Assembly: GCA_964244125.1 (NCBI GenBank)
Contig: CAXTHU010000001.1
Coordinates: forward strand, 1-44,728
Direction of reading: 5' to 3'
Source of the DNA: an uncultured Sphingomonadaceae bacterium
Lineage (GTDB): Bacteria > Pseudomonadota > Alphaproteobacteria > Sphingomonadales > Sphingomonadaceae
DNA length: 44,728 nt
The stretch's first letter is position 1. The number at the start of each line of letters is the position of its first letter. The translations under genes were made by a program, and so were the position numbers. Shown in pieces: positions 27,659-38,309 of the stretch. The notes under the pieces were generated by a model. It was not told the origin of the DNA. It worked only from the letters and a program-made list of their open reading frames with translations, and made no database searches.

Positions 27659-28019
27659 CCATCAGCGGCGTCGGCGTCCAGGCGGGCAGGCCGAGGCGCG
27701 CGGTCAGCAGCCACACCCAGCCGGCGTTCAGCCCCAGGCTCACCAGCGAGACGCCGACGAACCGGCCGGTGGTGGCGAGCGGATCGTCCCGGCTGCCATG
27801 GCCGCGAAAGCTGTAGCGGCTGTGGGCGACATAGCCGATCGTGACGCCGACGACATAGCCGACCAGATTGGCGATCTGCGGCGCGAGGCCCGCGAGATAA
27901 TGCGCGGCGAAATAGGTCGAGATGGAACAGGCGGTCACCGCCAGGCCGGTCACGCCGTAGCGCGCCGCCTGGGCGAGGAGCGCGCGCCGTTCCGGCGACC
28001 AGCCGTCCAGAACACCCAT
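27603..28019 (-). CDS. GtrA family lipid-P-sugar flippase
   Basis: About 138 aa with four TMs. Motifs RYGVTG, AN..GY, Y..H.RYSF and C-terminal LNRVWVFR. Confidence 0.85.
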   Translation of the reverse strand: MGVLDGWSPERRALLAQAARYGVTGLAVTACSISTYFAAHYLAGLAPQIANLVGYVVGVTIGYVAHSRYSFRGHGSRDDPLATTGRFVGVSLVSLGLNAGWVWLLTARLGLPAWTPTPLMVTATPALVFVLNRVWVFR

Positions 28020-28150
28020 CGCACGCATCCCCGTTGCCGCCTTCCCTTGGCCGTCCGTCTTCCGCCGGCTAGAGCGGCTTCGTTAATTCGCCGTCGCCGG
28101 CAGGCGGGATCGGGCATGTAATGCGCCACGGCGCCGGGGGAAAGCGCGCG

Positions 28151-29926
28151 ATGGCGACCACGAGCGGCAGGGATCGGCGCTGGATCGGCTGGCTGCTGCT
28201 GGCCTGGGCCGCCGCCGCCGCCGCGATGCTGTGGTACAGATGGGGCGCGATCCACTGGTTCGCGCTGCCCGATACCGACGACAACATCCGCTTCGCCCAG
28301 GTGCGCGACTGGCTGAACGGCCAGCGCTGGTACGACCTGCGCCAATATCGTCTCGATCCGCCGCGCGGGGCCAGCATCCACTGGTCGCGGCTGGTCGACC
28401 TGCCGATCGCCGGGCTGATCCTGGCCGTCCGCCCGTTCGCCGGCACGCTGGTCGCGAACAAGGCGGCGGTGGCGCTGGCGCCGCTGATCCCGATGGCGCT
28501 GGCGCTGTTCGGCGGGGCGCTGGCGGTGCGGCGGCTGGTCGCGCCGGCGGCCTGGCCGCTGGCGGTGGCGCTGACGCTCGGCGGCCAGGCGGCGCTCTGG
28601 ATGTGGATGCCGCTGCGCATCGACCATCATGGCTGGCAGCTCGCGCTCCTGATCCTCACCGTCGCCGGCGCGGCCGATCCGAGGGGCACGCGCGGCGGGC
28701 CGACGATGGGGCTGGCGACCGCCGCGTCGCTGACCGTCGGGCTGGAGATGCTGCCCTATTTCGCGATCGCCGCCGTCGTGCTGGTGGCGCGCTGGGTGGC
28801 CGACGGCACCGAGGCGCGGCGGCTGGCGACGTTCGGCGCGAGTCTCGCCGCCGGGGCCGCGCTCGGCTATGCCGGCTTCGCCTCCTATGACAACCGGCAG
28901 GCATTGTGCGACGCATTGTCGCCGGTGTGGCTGTCGGACGCGCTGCTCGGTGGCGCGTTGGCGGTCGGGCTGGCGGCGTTGCCCCTGCGGAACTGGCGGA
29001 CGCGCGGCCTGCTGGCGCTGTTGGCGGGGGCGGCGGTCGCGGGCTTCCACGTCGCCGCCTGGCCGCAATGCCTCGGCCGGCCGGAGAACGTGTCGCCCGA
29101 ACTGGTCCGGCTGTGGCTCGGCAACGTCAAGGAGGCGCGGCCGATCTACCTCCATCCCTGGCGCACCGCGCTGCAGGTCGCCGCGCTCCCGGTGGCGGGG
29201 CTGGTCGGCGCGGCCTGGGCGACGTGGTCCGCGTGGCGGACGCCGCGCTTCGCCGCCTGGGCCTCCGCGCTGCTGTTCGTCGCGGCGGCCTGCGCGCTGC
29301 TGCTGTGGCAGATGCGCGCCGGGCCGGCGGCGCAGGTCCTCGCCGTGCCGGGCGCCGCCGCGCCGGCTTACGCGCTGTGGCGGCGGCTGGACGGCCACCG
29401 CCATGCCTGGGCGCAGGTGCTGGGCGGGGCGGCCGGCTTCCTGGCGATCTCGGGTCTGTGGACCAACATCGTGGTGCGCCTCCTGCCGGCGCCGCCCGCG
29501 CCGCCGCCGCGCGGCCTGAAGTCGGTGAAGCAGGATCGCAGCCGCTTCTGCCCGACGCTGCGCTCGCTCCGCCCGATCGCGCGGTTGCCGGCGGCGACCT
29601 TCCTGACCTTCGTGGATTTCGGCCCGCGCCTGATCGCCACCACCCGTCACGGCGCCATCGCCGGCCCGTATCACCGCAACGGCGCCGCGATCCTCGACGT
29701 CCACCACGCCTGGCGCGGGACGGCGGCGGCGGCGCACGACATCGTCCGGCGGCACGGCGTCGGCTACGTCATGACCTGCCCCGGCATGGCCGAATCGACC
29801 ATCTACGCGGCGCAGGCCCCGCGCGGCTTCTACATGGCGCTGACCCGGGGACAGGCGCCCGACTGGCTCCGGCCGGTGCCGCTGCCCGAGGGCAGCCCGC
29901 TCAGGCTGTGGCGGGTGACGGGTTGA
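28151..29926 (+). CDS. Polytopic GT-C glycosyltransferase, STT3/oligosaccharyltransferase-like (paralog 2)
   Basis: Same motif series as 24232..26019: [40 protein letters not shown] and C-terminal LWRV. Confidence 0.65.
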   Translation: MATTSGRDRRWIGWLLLAWAAAAAAMLWYRWGAIHWFALPDTDDNIRFAQVRDWLNGQRWYDLRQYRLDPPRGASIHWSRLVDLPIAGLILAVRPFAGTLVANKAAVALAPLIPMALALFGGALAVRRLVAPAAWPLAVALTLGGQAALWMWMPLRIDHHGWQLALLILTVAGAADPRGTRGGPTMGLATAASLTVGLEMLPYFAIAAVVLVARWVADGTEARRLATFGASLAAGAALGYAGFASYDNRQALCDALSPVWLSDALLGGALAVGLAALPLRNWRTRGLLALLAGAAVAGFHVAAWPQCLGRPENVSPELVRLWLGNVKEARPIYLHPWRTALQVAALPVAGLVGAAWATWSAWRTPRFAAWASALLFVAAACALLLWQMRAGPAAQVLAVPGAAAPAYALWRRLDGHRHAWAQVLGGAAGFLAISGLWTNIVVRLLPAPPAPPPRGLKSVKQDRSRFCPTLRSLRPIARLPAATFLTFVDFGPRLIATTRHGAIAGPYHRNGAAILDVHHAWRGTAAAAHDIVRRHGVGYVMTCPGMAESTIYAAQAPRGFYMALTRGQAPDWLRPVPLPEGSPLRLWRVTG

Positions 29927-31190
29927 GCGCCCTGGCCAGCATGTCCCGGTCGAGGGCGTTTTCCCACCGCGCCACCACCACCGTCGCCACCGCGTTGCCG
30001 ATGAAGTTGGTGAGCGAGCGGCATTCCGACATGAAGCGGTCCACCCCCAGGATCAGCGCCATCCCCGCCACCGGCACCGTCGGCACGATCGACAGGGTGG
30101 CGGCCAGCGTGACGAAGCCGGCGCCGGTGACGCCGGCCGCCCCCTTGGACGACAGCATCGCGACCGACAGCAGCAGCGCCTGCTGGCCCAGCGTCAGATC
30201 GACGTCGCACGCCTGGGCGATGAACAGGCTCGCCAGCGTCATGTAGATGTTGGTGCCGTCGAGGTTGAAGGAATAGCCGGTCGGGACCACCAGCCCGACG
30301 ACCGGCTTGGCGCAGCCCGCCGCCTCCATCCGGGCGATCAGGCTGGGCAGCGCCGCCTCGGAGGAGGAGGTGCCCAGCACCAGCAGCAGCTCGGCCTTCA
30401 GATAGCGAACGAGCGCCAGGATCGAGAAGCCGTTCAGCCGCGCGATGATCCCCAGCACCACCAGCACGAACAGGATCGAGGTGGCGTAGAAGGTCGCGAC
30501 GAGCGCGGCGAGATTGGCGAGGCTGCCGATGCCGTAGCGCCCGATGGTGAAGGCGATCGCCCCGAAGGCGCCGACCGGCGCGGCGCGCATCAGGATGCCG
30601 ACCATGCGGAAGACGACGGTGGCGGCGCGCTCCATCAGGTCGAGCAGCGGCCGCGCCGGCGCGCCCGTCAGCGCGATCGCGACGCCGGACAGGATGGCGA
30701 CGAACAGCACCTGGAGGACGTTGCCGTCGACCAGCGCCGAGACCAGCGTGTCGGGGATGATGCCGGTGAGGAAGCCGACCGGCGTCTGGTCGTGGGCGTG
30801 CGCGGCGTAGGTCGCGACGGCGCCGGTGTCGAGCGTCGCCGGGTCGATATGCAGCCCCGCCCCCGGCCGGACGACGTTGGCGACGGCGAGCCCGACGAGC
30901 AGCGCGAGCGTCGAGACGGCGAGGAAATAGGCGAACGCCTTCAGCGCCACCCGCCCCACCGCGCGCAGCTCCGCCATGCCGGCGATGCCGGTCGCGACGG
31001 TCAGGAAGATCACCGGCGCGACGATCATCCTGACCAGCTTGATGAACGCATCGCCCAGCGGCTTCAGCGCCGTGCCGACATCGGGCCAGAGGTGGCCGAC
31101 GACGGCGCCGAGGAGGATGGCGACGAGCACCTGGACGTAGAGCTGGCGGTACAGGGGGATGCGGGCGGGTGGGGCGGTGCTGACGATCAT
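29901..31190 (-). CDS. dctA: C4-dicarboxylate:cation symporter
   Basis: [49 protein letters not shown] and DRFMSE motifs. Confidence 0.93.
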   Translation of the reverse strand: MIVSTAPPARIPLYRQLYVQVLVAILLGAVVGHLWPDVGTALKPLGDAFIKLVRMIVAPVIFLTVATGIAGMAELRAVGRVALKAFAYFLAVSTLALLVGLAVANVVRPGAGLHIDPATLDTGAVATYAAHAHDQTPVGFLTGIIPDTLVSALVDGNVLQVLFVAILSGVAIALTGAPARPLLDLMERAATVVFRMVGILMRAAPVGAFGAIAFTIGRYGIGSLANLAALVATFYATSILFVLVVLGIIARLNGFSILALVRYLKAELLLVLGTSSSEAALPSLIARMEAAGCAKPVVGLVVPTGYSFNLDGTNIYMTLASLFIAQACDVDLTLGQQALLLSVAMLSSKGAAGVTGAGFVTLAATLSIVPTVPVAGMALILGVDRFMSECRSLTNFIGNAVATVVVARWENALDRDMLARALNPSPATA

Positions 31191-31246
31191 GGCGGCCTCT
31201 TTAAGAGGTCTATACTGTGGTCACCAAGCTGTCGCCCGTGAAGACA

Positions 31247-31349
31247 GTTCCCCGGCGCAGGCCGGGGCCCAGTTGGGAAGGCCGAGGTAACGGAGCGCCG
31301 CGCCCATCACCGACGTCTCCCAACTGGACCCCGGCCTTCGCCGGGGAAC
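31247..31349. repeat. REPIN-like doublet, family A (two inverted GC-rich hairpin arms)
   Basis: Sequence gttccccggcgcaggccggggcccagttggga...tcccaactggaccccggccttcgccggggaac. Each arm is itself a hairpin. Confidence 0.85.
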
Positions 31350-31396
31350 CACCTCTTCCATGTCAGAATGGGATAAGCGCCGACTCGCTTCACAAT

Positions 31397-31483
31397 CTGC
31401 CCCGGACCGATCCGGGGGCCATCTCTCCGCTTGGACGGAGCGACGTGTGGACGGATGGATGCTGAAACAGGTTCAGAATGACG
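31397..31483. repeat. Degenerate REP-like element, family C
   Basis: Left hairpin ccccggaccgatccgggg and right arm ggatgctgaaacaggttcagaatgacg. Only one copy is in the window, so the family assignment is by resemblance. Confidence 0.45.
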
Positions 31484-31522
31484 AGTTGAATCAAACAAAC
31501 CTGCTGCCAAAAGGCCTCATCC

Positions 31523-33292
<1,770 letters not shown>

Positions 33293-33345
33293 GGGTCTGG
33301 CGGCTCGCGGTTCGGCAGGAGGGCATCGGGCGATCCCCGAGCGGC

Positions 33346-33365
33346 ATTCAGGGCCTATTCAAGGC
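33346..33365 (+). promoter_or_regulatory. Direct repeat ATTCAGGGC/ATTCAAGGC with 11-bp period; candidate OmpR-family operator
   Basis: Copies start at 33346 and 33357, about 30 bp upstream of the PepSY-like gene. Confidence 0.4.
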
Positions 33366-33396
33366 TTTGGGGCCATGCCACAGACCGATGCCGGAA

Positions 33397-33711
33397 ATGA
33401 AGCCCTCTCTCCTCGCCGCCGCGCTTCCGGGCGCGCTGATGCTGGGCGCGCTGATCCTGGCGCCGCCGGCCGGGGCGGAGCATCGCCGCGATGCCGATGC
33501 CGCCTATCACGCCTCGCGCGCCGGCGAGATCAGGCCGCTGCGCGAGATCGAGCTGCGCGTCCTGCCGCGCATGGCGGGCGCGGTCTATCTCGGCCCCGAG
33601 TTCGATCCCGCCTCGGCCACCTATCGGCTGAAGTTCATGCGCGGCGGATCGGTGATCTGGATCGACATCGACGCGCGCACCGGGCGCGAGATCGGCCGCT
33701 CGGGGGATTGA
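33397..33711 (+). CDS. Small secreted PepSY-like protein
   Basis: Signal peptide followed by 'GEIRPLREIE..V', 'YRLKF..G.VIWIDIDARTG.EIG'. Confidence 0.75.
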   Translation: MKPSLLAAALPGALMLGALILAPPAGAEHRRDADAAYHASRAGEIRPLREIELRVLPRMAGAVYLGPEFDPASATYRLKFMRGGSVIWIDIDARTGREIGRSGD

Positions 33712-33935
33712 GGGGCCTCACCCCAACCCGCACCGCCTGCCGGGCGAACTGCTCGACCTCCAGCTTCAGGTCCTGCGGCGCCTGTGCGATCCGTGGAACC
33801 GACCGTCGCCCGCCTTGCGGCCGCCGAGCCCGAACCGGCAAACCGCGCCGTTGCGGATCGGCGCCGATGCGGAAGCTCCGGAAACCGCCCGCGCCATCGC
33901 TTGATCTAACCCCGTCCATGCCCCATCTGCCGGAC

Positions 33936-34523
33936 ATGCTGATCGAGACCGAGACCACGCCGAACCCGGCGACGCTGAAGTTCCTGCCGGGACGGGCCGT
34001 GATGACCGCCGGCACGCGCGACTTCGCCACGCCCGAGGAGGCGGAGGCCTCGCCGCTGGCGCAGGCGCTGTTCGATCTCGGCGACGTCGGCGGCGTGTTC
34101 TTCGGCCGCGACTTCGTCTCCGTCACCGCCGGCGAGGGGGTGGAGTGGCGCCGGCTGAAGCCCGAGGTGCTGGGCGTGCTGCTCGATCATTTCGCCGCCG
34201 ACGCGCCGCTGTTCCGGCCCGGCAGCGCCGGCGACATCGCCGTCGCCGCCGATGGGAACCCAGGCTATGGGGGCGTCGGCGACGACCCGGCCGACGCCGA
34301 GATCGTCGACCAGATCCGCGACCTGATCGACACCCGCGTCCGCCCCGCCGTCGCCAACGACGGCGGCGACATCGTCTATCGCGGCTTCCGCGAGGGCACG
34401 GTCTACCTGGCCATGCACGGCGCCTGCGCCGGCTGCCCGTCCTCCACCGCGACGCTGAAGAACGGCATCGAGCAGCTGCTGAAACATTATGTCCCCGAAG
34501 TGACCGAGGTTCGCGCGGTCTGA
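33936..34523 (+). CDS. NifU/Nfu family Fe-S carrier
   Basis: ETETTPNPATLKFLPG, RVRPAVANDGGDI and GACAGCPSS (CxxC). Confidence 0.92.
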   Translation: MLIETETTPNPATLKFLPGRAVMTAGTRDFATPEEAEASPLAQALFDLGDVGGVFFGRDFVSVTAGEGVEWRRLKPEVLGVLLDHFAADAPLFRPGSAGDIAVAADGNPGYGGVGDDPADAEIVDQIRDLIDTRVRPAVANDGGDIVYRGFREGTVYLAMHGACAGCPSSTATLKNGIEQLLKHYVPEVTEVRAV

Positions 34524-34543
34524 TCCATCAAGAAAGGTTTCCG

Positions 34544-35134
34544 ATGGCGGCAAGGCTGTCCGACGACGCAATCGACACGATCTTCCGCCTGGCCCGGAGC
34601 TATAACGGCTATACCGACCGGCCGGTCGACGAGGCCGCGCTGCGCGAGATCTGGGACGTGATGAAATGGGGGCCGACCTCGGCCAACCAGCTGCCGGCGC
34701 GCATCGTCTGGGTGACGAGCGCGGCGGGCAAGGAAACGCTCGCCGCGTGCATGTCCGACGCCAACAAGCCCAAGGTGCTGTCGGCGCCGGTCACCGCCAT
34801 CATCGGCATGGACATGGAATTCCACGAACAGCTCCCCAAGCTGTTCCCCCATGCCGACGCGCGCAGCTGGTTCGCCGGCAACGACGCGCTGATCGCCCAG
34901 TCGGCGATGCGCAACTCGACGCTCCAGGGCGCTTATCTCATCATCGCCGCGCGCGCGCTCGGCCTGGATACGGGGCCGATGTCGGGCTTCGACGGCGATG
35001 CGGTGGACGCCGCCTTCTTCGCCGGCACGACGGTCCGCACCAACTTCATCTCGACGCTCGGCCATGGCGACCCCGCCGGCGTGTTCGGGCGGCTGCCGCG
35101 CCCGGATTTCGAGGCGTTCAACCGGATCGCCTGA
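34544..35134 (+). CDS. rutE: Malonic semialdehyde reductase (RutE-like nitroreductase)
   Basis: KWGPTSAN..PAR, LPKLFPH.DARSWF, RNSTLQGAY.I.AARALGLD.GPMSGF and RLPR..F motifs. Confidence 0.82.
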   Translation: MAARLSDDAIDTIFRLARSYNGYTDRPVDEAALREIWDVMKWGPTSANQLPARIVWVTSAAGKETLAACMSDANKPKVLSAPVTAIIGMDMEFHEQLPKLFPHADARSWFAGNDALIAQSAMRNSTLQGAYLIIAARALGLDTGPMSGFDGDAVDAAFFAGTTVRTNFISTLGHGDPAGVFGRLPRPDFEAFNRIA

Positions 35135-35140
35135 GAGTAG

Positions 35141-35770
35141 GTGCGGACGCTCGCCATCGAGACCGCGACCGCCGCCTGCTCGGTCGCCCTGGTCGAGGAC
35201 GGCACGGTCGTGGCGGCGCTGCACGAGGTGGTCGGGCGCGGCCATGCCGAGCGGCTGGTGCCGATGATCGCCGCGCTGCCGGACGGCGGTCGGGCGGACG
35301 CGATCCTGGTCGATTGCGGGCCGGGCAGCTTCACCGGGGTGCGCGTCGGGCTGGCGGCGGCGCGGGGGCTGGCGATCGGCTGGGGCGTGCCGGTGACGGG
35401 CTGCTCCTCGCTGGCGCTGATCGCGGCGGCCGCCTTCGCCGCCGAGCCGGGCGCGGCGCGGCTGACGGTCGCCATCCCCGGCGGCCATGGCGAGTTGTTC
35501 GTCCAGACGTTCGACCGCGGACCCGTCGCGCGCGCACCGCTCGCGTCCCTTGCGCCCGAACGGGCGGCCCTGGCCGGCGAGGCGCTGGTCGTCGGCGGAG
35601 GGAGCGCAACGCTCGTCGCGATCCGGGGCCATGGCCGCGCGCTGGACGCGCTTCCCGCCGCGGCCGACATGGCGCTGCTGCCGCCGGCGCTCGCCGCGCT
35701 GCCGCCGGTCCCGATCTACGGCCGCGCGCCCGACGCGCTGCCCCGGATGGCGACGGGGCCGGCGGCGTGA
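35141..35770 (+). CDS. tsaB: tRNA t6A biosynthesis protein TsaB
   Basis: LAIETAT..CSVA, GHAERL.P and GPGSFTGVRVG motifs. Confidence 0.92.
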   Translation: MRTLAIETATAACSVALVEDGTVVAALHEVVGRGHAERLVPMIAALPDGGRADAILVDCGPGSFTGVRVGLAAARGLAIGWGVPVTGCSSLALIAAAAFAAEPGAARLTVAIPGGHGELFVQTFDRGPVARAPLASLAPERAALAGEALVVGGGSATLVAIRGHGRALDALPAAADMALLPPALAALPPVPIYGRAPDALPRMATGPAA

Positions 35771-36240
35771 GCGGGCCGCCGCCGCTGCTGCGCCGGGGGG
35801 CGATCGGCGACCTGGACGAGGCGATGGCGGTCATGGCGGTCGCCTTCGATCCCGAATATGGCGAGGCGTGGACCCGCGCCCAATGCGGCGGGATGATGGC
35901 GCTGCCCGGCGTCTGGCTGACGCTGGCGCGGATCGGGGACGTGCCCGCCGGCTTCTCGCTCGCCCGCATCGTCGCCGACGAGGCGGAGCTGCTGCTGCTC
36001 GGCGTCCACCCGGCCTGCCGGCGGCACGGCGTCGCGACCGCGCTGCTCGCCGCCGCCGAGGCCGACGCCGCCGCGCGCGGCGCGGTGCGCTTCCACCTGG
36101 AAGTCAGGGCCGACAATCCGGCCGGCGCGCTTTACGACGCGGCGGGCTTCGCGATCTGCGGGCGTCGGCCCGGCTATTATGTCGGTGCCGGCGGCCAGTT
36201 GTTCGACGCGCTGACCTTGAGCAAGCCCGTCGCGGGCTGA
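35767..36240 (+). CDS. rimI: RimI-like N-acetyltransferase
   Basis: DEAELLLLGV.P..RRHGVA, LEVRADNPA..LY...GF...GRR.GYY. Follows tsaB with a GTGA overlap. Confidence 0.82.
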   Translation: MSGPPPLLRRGAIGDLDEAMAVMAVAFDPEYGEAWTRAQCGGMMALPGVWLTLARIGDVPAGFSLARIVADEAELLLLGVHPACRRHGVATALLAAAEADAAARGAVRFHLEVRADNPAGALYDAAGFAICGRRPGYYVGAGGQLFDALTLSKPVAG

Positions 36241-36349
36241 TTCCATGCCCGTCGCTACTTCATTCTTTCTTGCAAACATCGCGTGCGTCGACCATCAGGA
36301 CGCACCGCCTTGTTCGGCGGCTCTTCCTCCCAAGCGTAAGGTTTCATCC

Positions 36350-36763
36350 ATGAACGACCACGACGACGTCGCCGAGACGTTGATTACCCTGACCGCCGAC
36401 ATCGTCGCCGCCCATCTCAGCAACAACAACATCGCCGCCGACGAGGTGCCGCAGCTCATCACCAGCATCCACCAGGCGCTGGCCGGCCTGGGCGGCGCGG
36501 CGCCGGCCCCGGCGACCAAGCAGGAGCCGGCGGTGTCGGTCCGCGCCTCGATCAAGCCCGACTATGTCGTGTGCCTGGAGGACGGCAAGAAGCTGAAGAT
36601 GCTGAAACGCCACCTGATGACCCATTACCAGATGACCCCCGACCAGTATCGCCAGAAGTGGAGCCTGCCGGCCGACTATCCGATGGTCGCGCCGAACTAT
36701 GCCGAGCAGCGCCGCAGCCTGGCCAAGAAGATCGGTCTCGGCACCAAGCGCCGCAAGGCGTGA
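36350..36763 (+). CDS. mucR: MucR/Ros zinc-finger regulator
   Basis: LTADIV.AH.SNN, PAVS...S, CLEDGKKLKMLKRHL...Y and YPMVAPNYA..R..LAKKIGLG. Confidence 0.93.
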   Translation: MNDHDDVAETLITLTADIVAAHLSNNNIAADEVPQLITSIHQALAGLGGAAPAPATKQEPAVSVRASIKPDYVVCLEDGKKLKMLKRHLMTHYQMTPDQYRQKWSLPADYPMVAPNYAEQRRSLAKKIGLGTKRRKA

Positions 36764-36772
36764 GGTGGCGGG

Positions 36773-36814
36773 CGGGCGCGCGTTCCCCCGGACGCGCGCC
36801 CGTGTTGGCATTTT
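36773..36814 (+). terminator. Possible intrinsic terminator after mucR
   Basis: 11-bp stem cgggcgcgcgt/acgcgcgcccg followed by a weak T-rich tract (tgttggcatttt). Confidence 0.4.
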
Positions 36815-36949
36815 CACGTAGGCAAGTCCGCTGGAAAGCGCTCTTCCGCGCTTTCCGGCCCCCGCAAACGACTCGCAAATGGCCATCGCCCCTATGCGCC
36901 GTGACGCCGACCGCCTAGATTGCCGCCGTTCACTCGTGACGGGCGGCCC

Positions 36950-37369
36950 ATGCGGAAAATCGATGTCGAGGCACTGTGCGCCGAAAAGGGCCTCAGGATC
37001 ACCGAGCAGCGGCGGGTGATCGCCCGCGTGCTGTCCGAGGCGCAGGATCATCCGGACGTCGAATCGGTCCACCAGCGCGCCGCTTCCATCGATCCCGGCA
37101 TCTCCATCGCCACCGTCTACCGTACCGTCCGCCTGTTCGAGGAGGCCGGCATCCTGGAACGCCATGATTTCGGCGACGGCCGCGCCCGCTACGAGGCGGC
37201 GGCCGAGGCGCATCACGATCACCTGATCGACGTCGAGAGCGGCCGGGTGATCGAGTTCGTCGACGCCGAGCTGGAGGCGATGCAGAAGCGCATCGCCGAG
37301 AAGCTCGGCTTCCGCCTGGTCGATCACCGGATGGAGCTGTTCGGCGTATCGCTGTCGCGCAAGGAGTAG
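36950..37369 (+). CDS. fur: Fur family regulator (Fur/Mur)
   Basis: GLRITEQR, DHPD, ISIATVYRT and HHDHLID motifs. Confidence 0.9.
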   Translation: MRKIDVEALCAEKGLRITEQRRVIARVLSEAQDHPDVESVHQRAASIDPGISIATVYRTVRLFEEAGILERHDFGDGRARYEAAAEAHHDHLIDVESGRVIEFVDAELEAMQKRIAEKLGFRLVDHRMELFGVSLSRKE

Positions 37370-37413
37370 GACGGGATGAGGTTCGATCGCCTCTTCCCTT
37401 TCACCCGACCACA

Positions 37414-37528
37414 CCGTTCGTCCTGAGTAGGGGCTGAGCTTGCCGAAGACCCGTATCGAAGGACCTGTGGCCGGCTGGTCCTTCAATACGCCACTTCGAC
37501 AGGCTCAGTGGCTCCTCAGGACGAACGG
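37414..37528. repeat. Palindromic MITE/REPIN-like element, family B, copy 2 (inverted relative to copy 1)
   Basis: Sequence ccgttcgtcctgagtag...cgtatcgaaggacc..ggtccttcaatacg...ctcctcaggacgaacgg. Confidence 0.85.
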
Positions 37529-37550
37529 AGCTTTTTGACGTCAACGGGAG

Positions 37551-38309
37551 GTGCCTACCTTCCGCGCCGCGATCCGCATCCTCCTCATCGTCGCCCTTCT
37601 CGCCGCCCTGCTCCCCCTCCACTACGTCACCCGCGCCCTCGCCGGCCGCTCGCCCTGGCCGCGCCGCTTCCTCGCGGGCACGGCGCGGATCGCCGGGGCG
37701 CGGGTACGGACGGCGGGGGAGCCGGTTCCCGCCCCTGTGCTGCTCGCCGCCAACCACCTGAGCTGGCTCGACATCCTCGTCCTCGCGGCCGCCTCCGGCT
37801 GCGCCTTCGTCGCCAAGGCGGAGATCGCGCGCTGGCCGACGATAGGCCGGCTCGCCGGGCTGAACCGCACGATCTATGTCGAGCGCGCGCGGCGCGCGGC
37901 GGTGGGCGGGCAGGCCGACACGCTGCGCCGGGCGCTGGCCGGGGCGCAGCCGGTGGCGTTGTTCCCGGAGGGGACGACCGGGGCGGGCACCGAGTTGCTG
38001 CCCTTCCGCCCCAGCCTGTTCGCCGCCGTCGCGCCGCCGCCGCCGGGGGTGCGGGTGCAGCCGGTGCTGATCGACTATGGCCCGGCCACCGCCGCGCTGG
38101 CCTGGGGCGCCGAGGAGGGCGCCGCCGCCAATGCGCTGCGCCTGCTCGGCCGGCGCGGCGGCTTCATCGCCACCGTCCGCTTCCTCGATCCGGTCGACCC
38201 GGCGGCCTGTGGCGACCGCAAGGCCGTCGCCGCCGCGGTCGAGGCGGCGATCGGGCGGGCGTGGCGCGATGGCGCGGCGGGCCGCCTTCCGCTAAGCGCG
38301 CCGCGATGA
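37551..38309 (+). CDS. plsC: 1-acyl-sn-glycerol-3-phosphate acyltransferase family protein
   Basis: ANHLSWLD (HX4D), FVAKAE and LFPEGT motifs. Confidence 0.82.
   Translation: MPTFRAAIRILLIVALLAALLPLHYVTRALAGRSPWPRRFLAGTARIAGARVRTAGEPVPAPVLLAANHLSWLDILVLAAASGCAFVAKAEIARWPTIGRLAGLNRTIYVERARRAAVGGQADTLRRALAGAQPVALFPEGTTGAGTELLPFRPSLFAAVAPPPPGVRVQPVLIDYGPATAALAWGAEEGAAANALRLLGRRGGFIATVRFLDPVDPAACGDRKAVAAAVEAAIGRAWRDGAAGRLPLSAPR

Noticed and set aside
29901-29926. 26-bp convergent overlap of dctA with OST-like paralog 2
   Set aside because: Short tail-to-tail overlaps are common in GC-rich genomes, and both proteins look complete.
37508-38305. Long N-terminal extensions of miaB, and similarly of phoH, nifU, yggS and rutE, in the ORF track
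   Set aside because: They come from first-start calling. Family motifs begin at downstream starts, and the extensions overlap other real genes.
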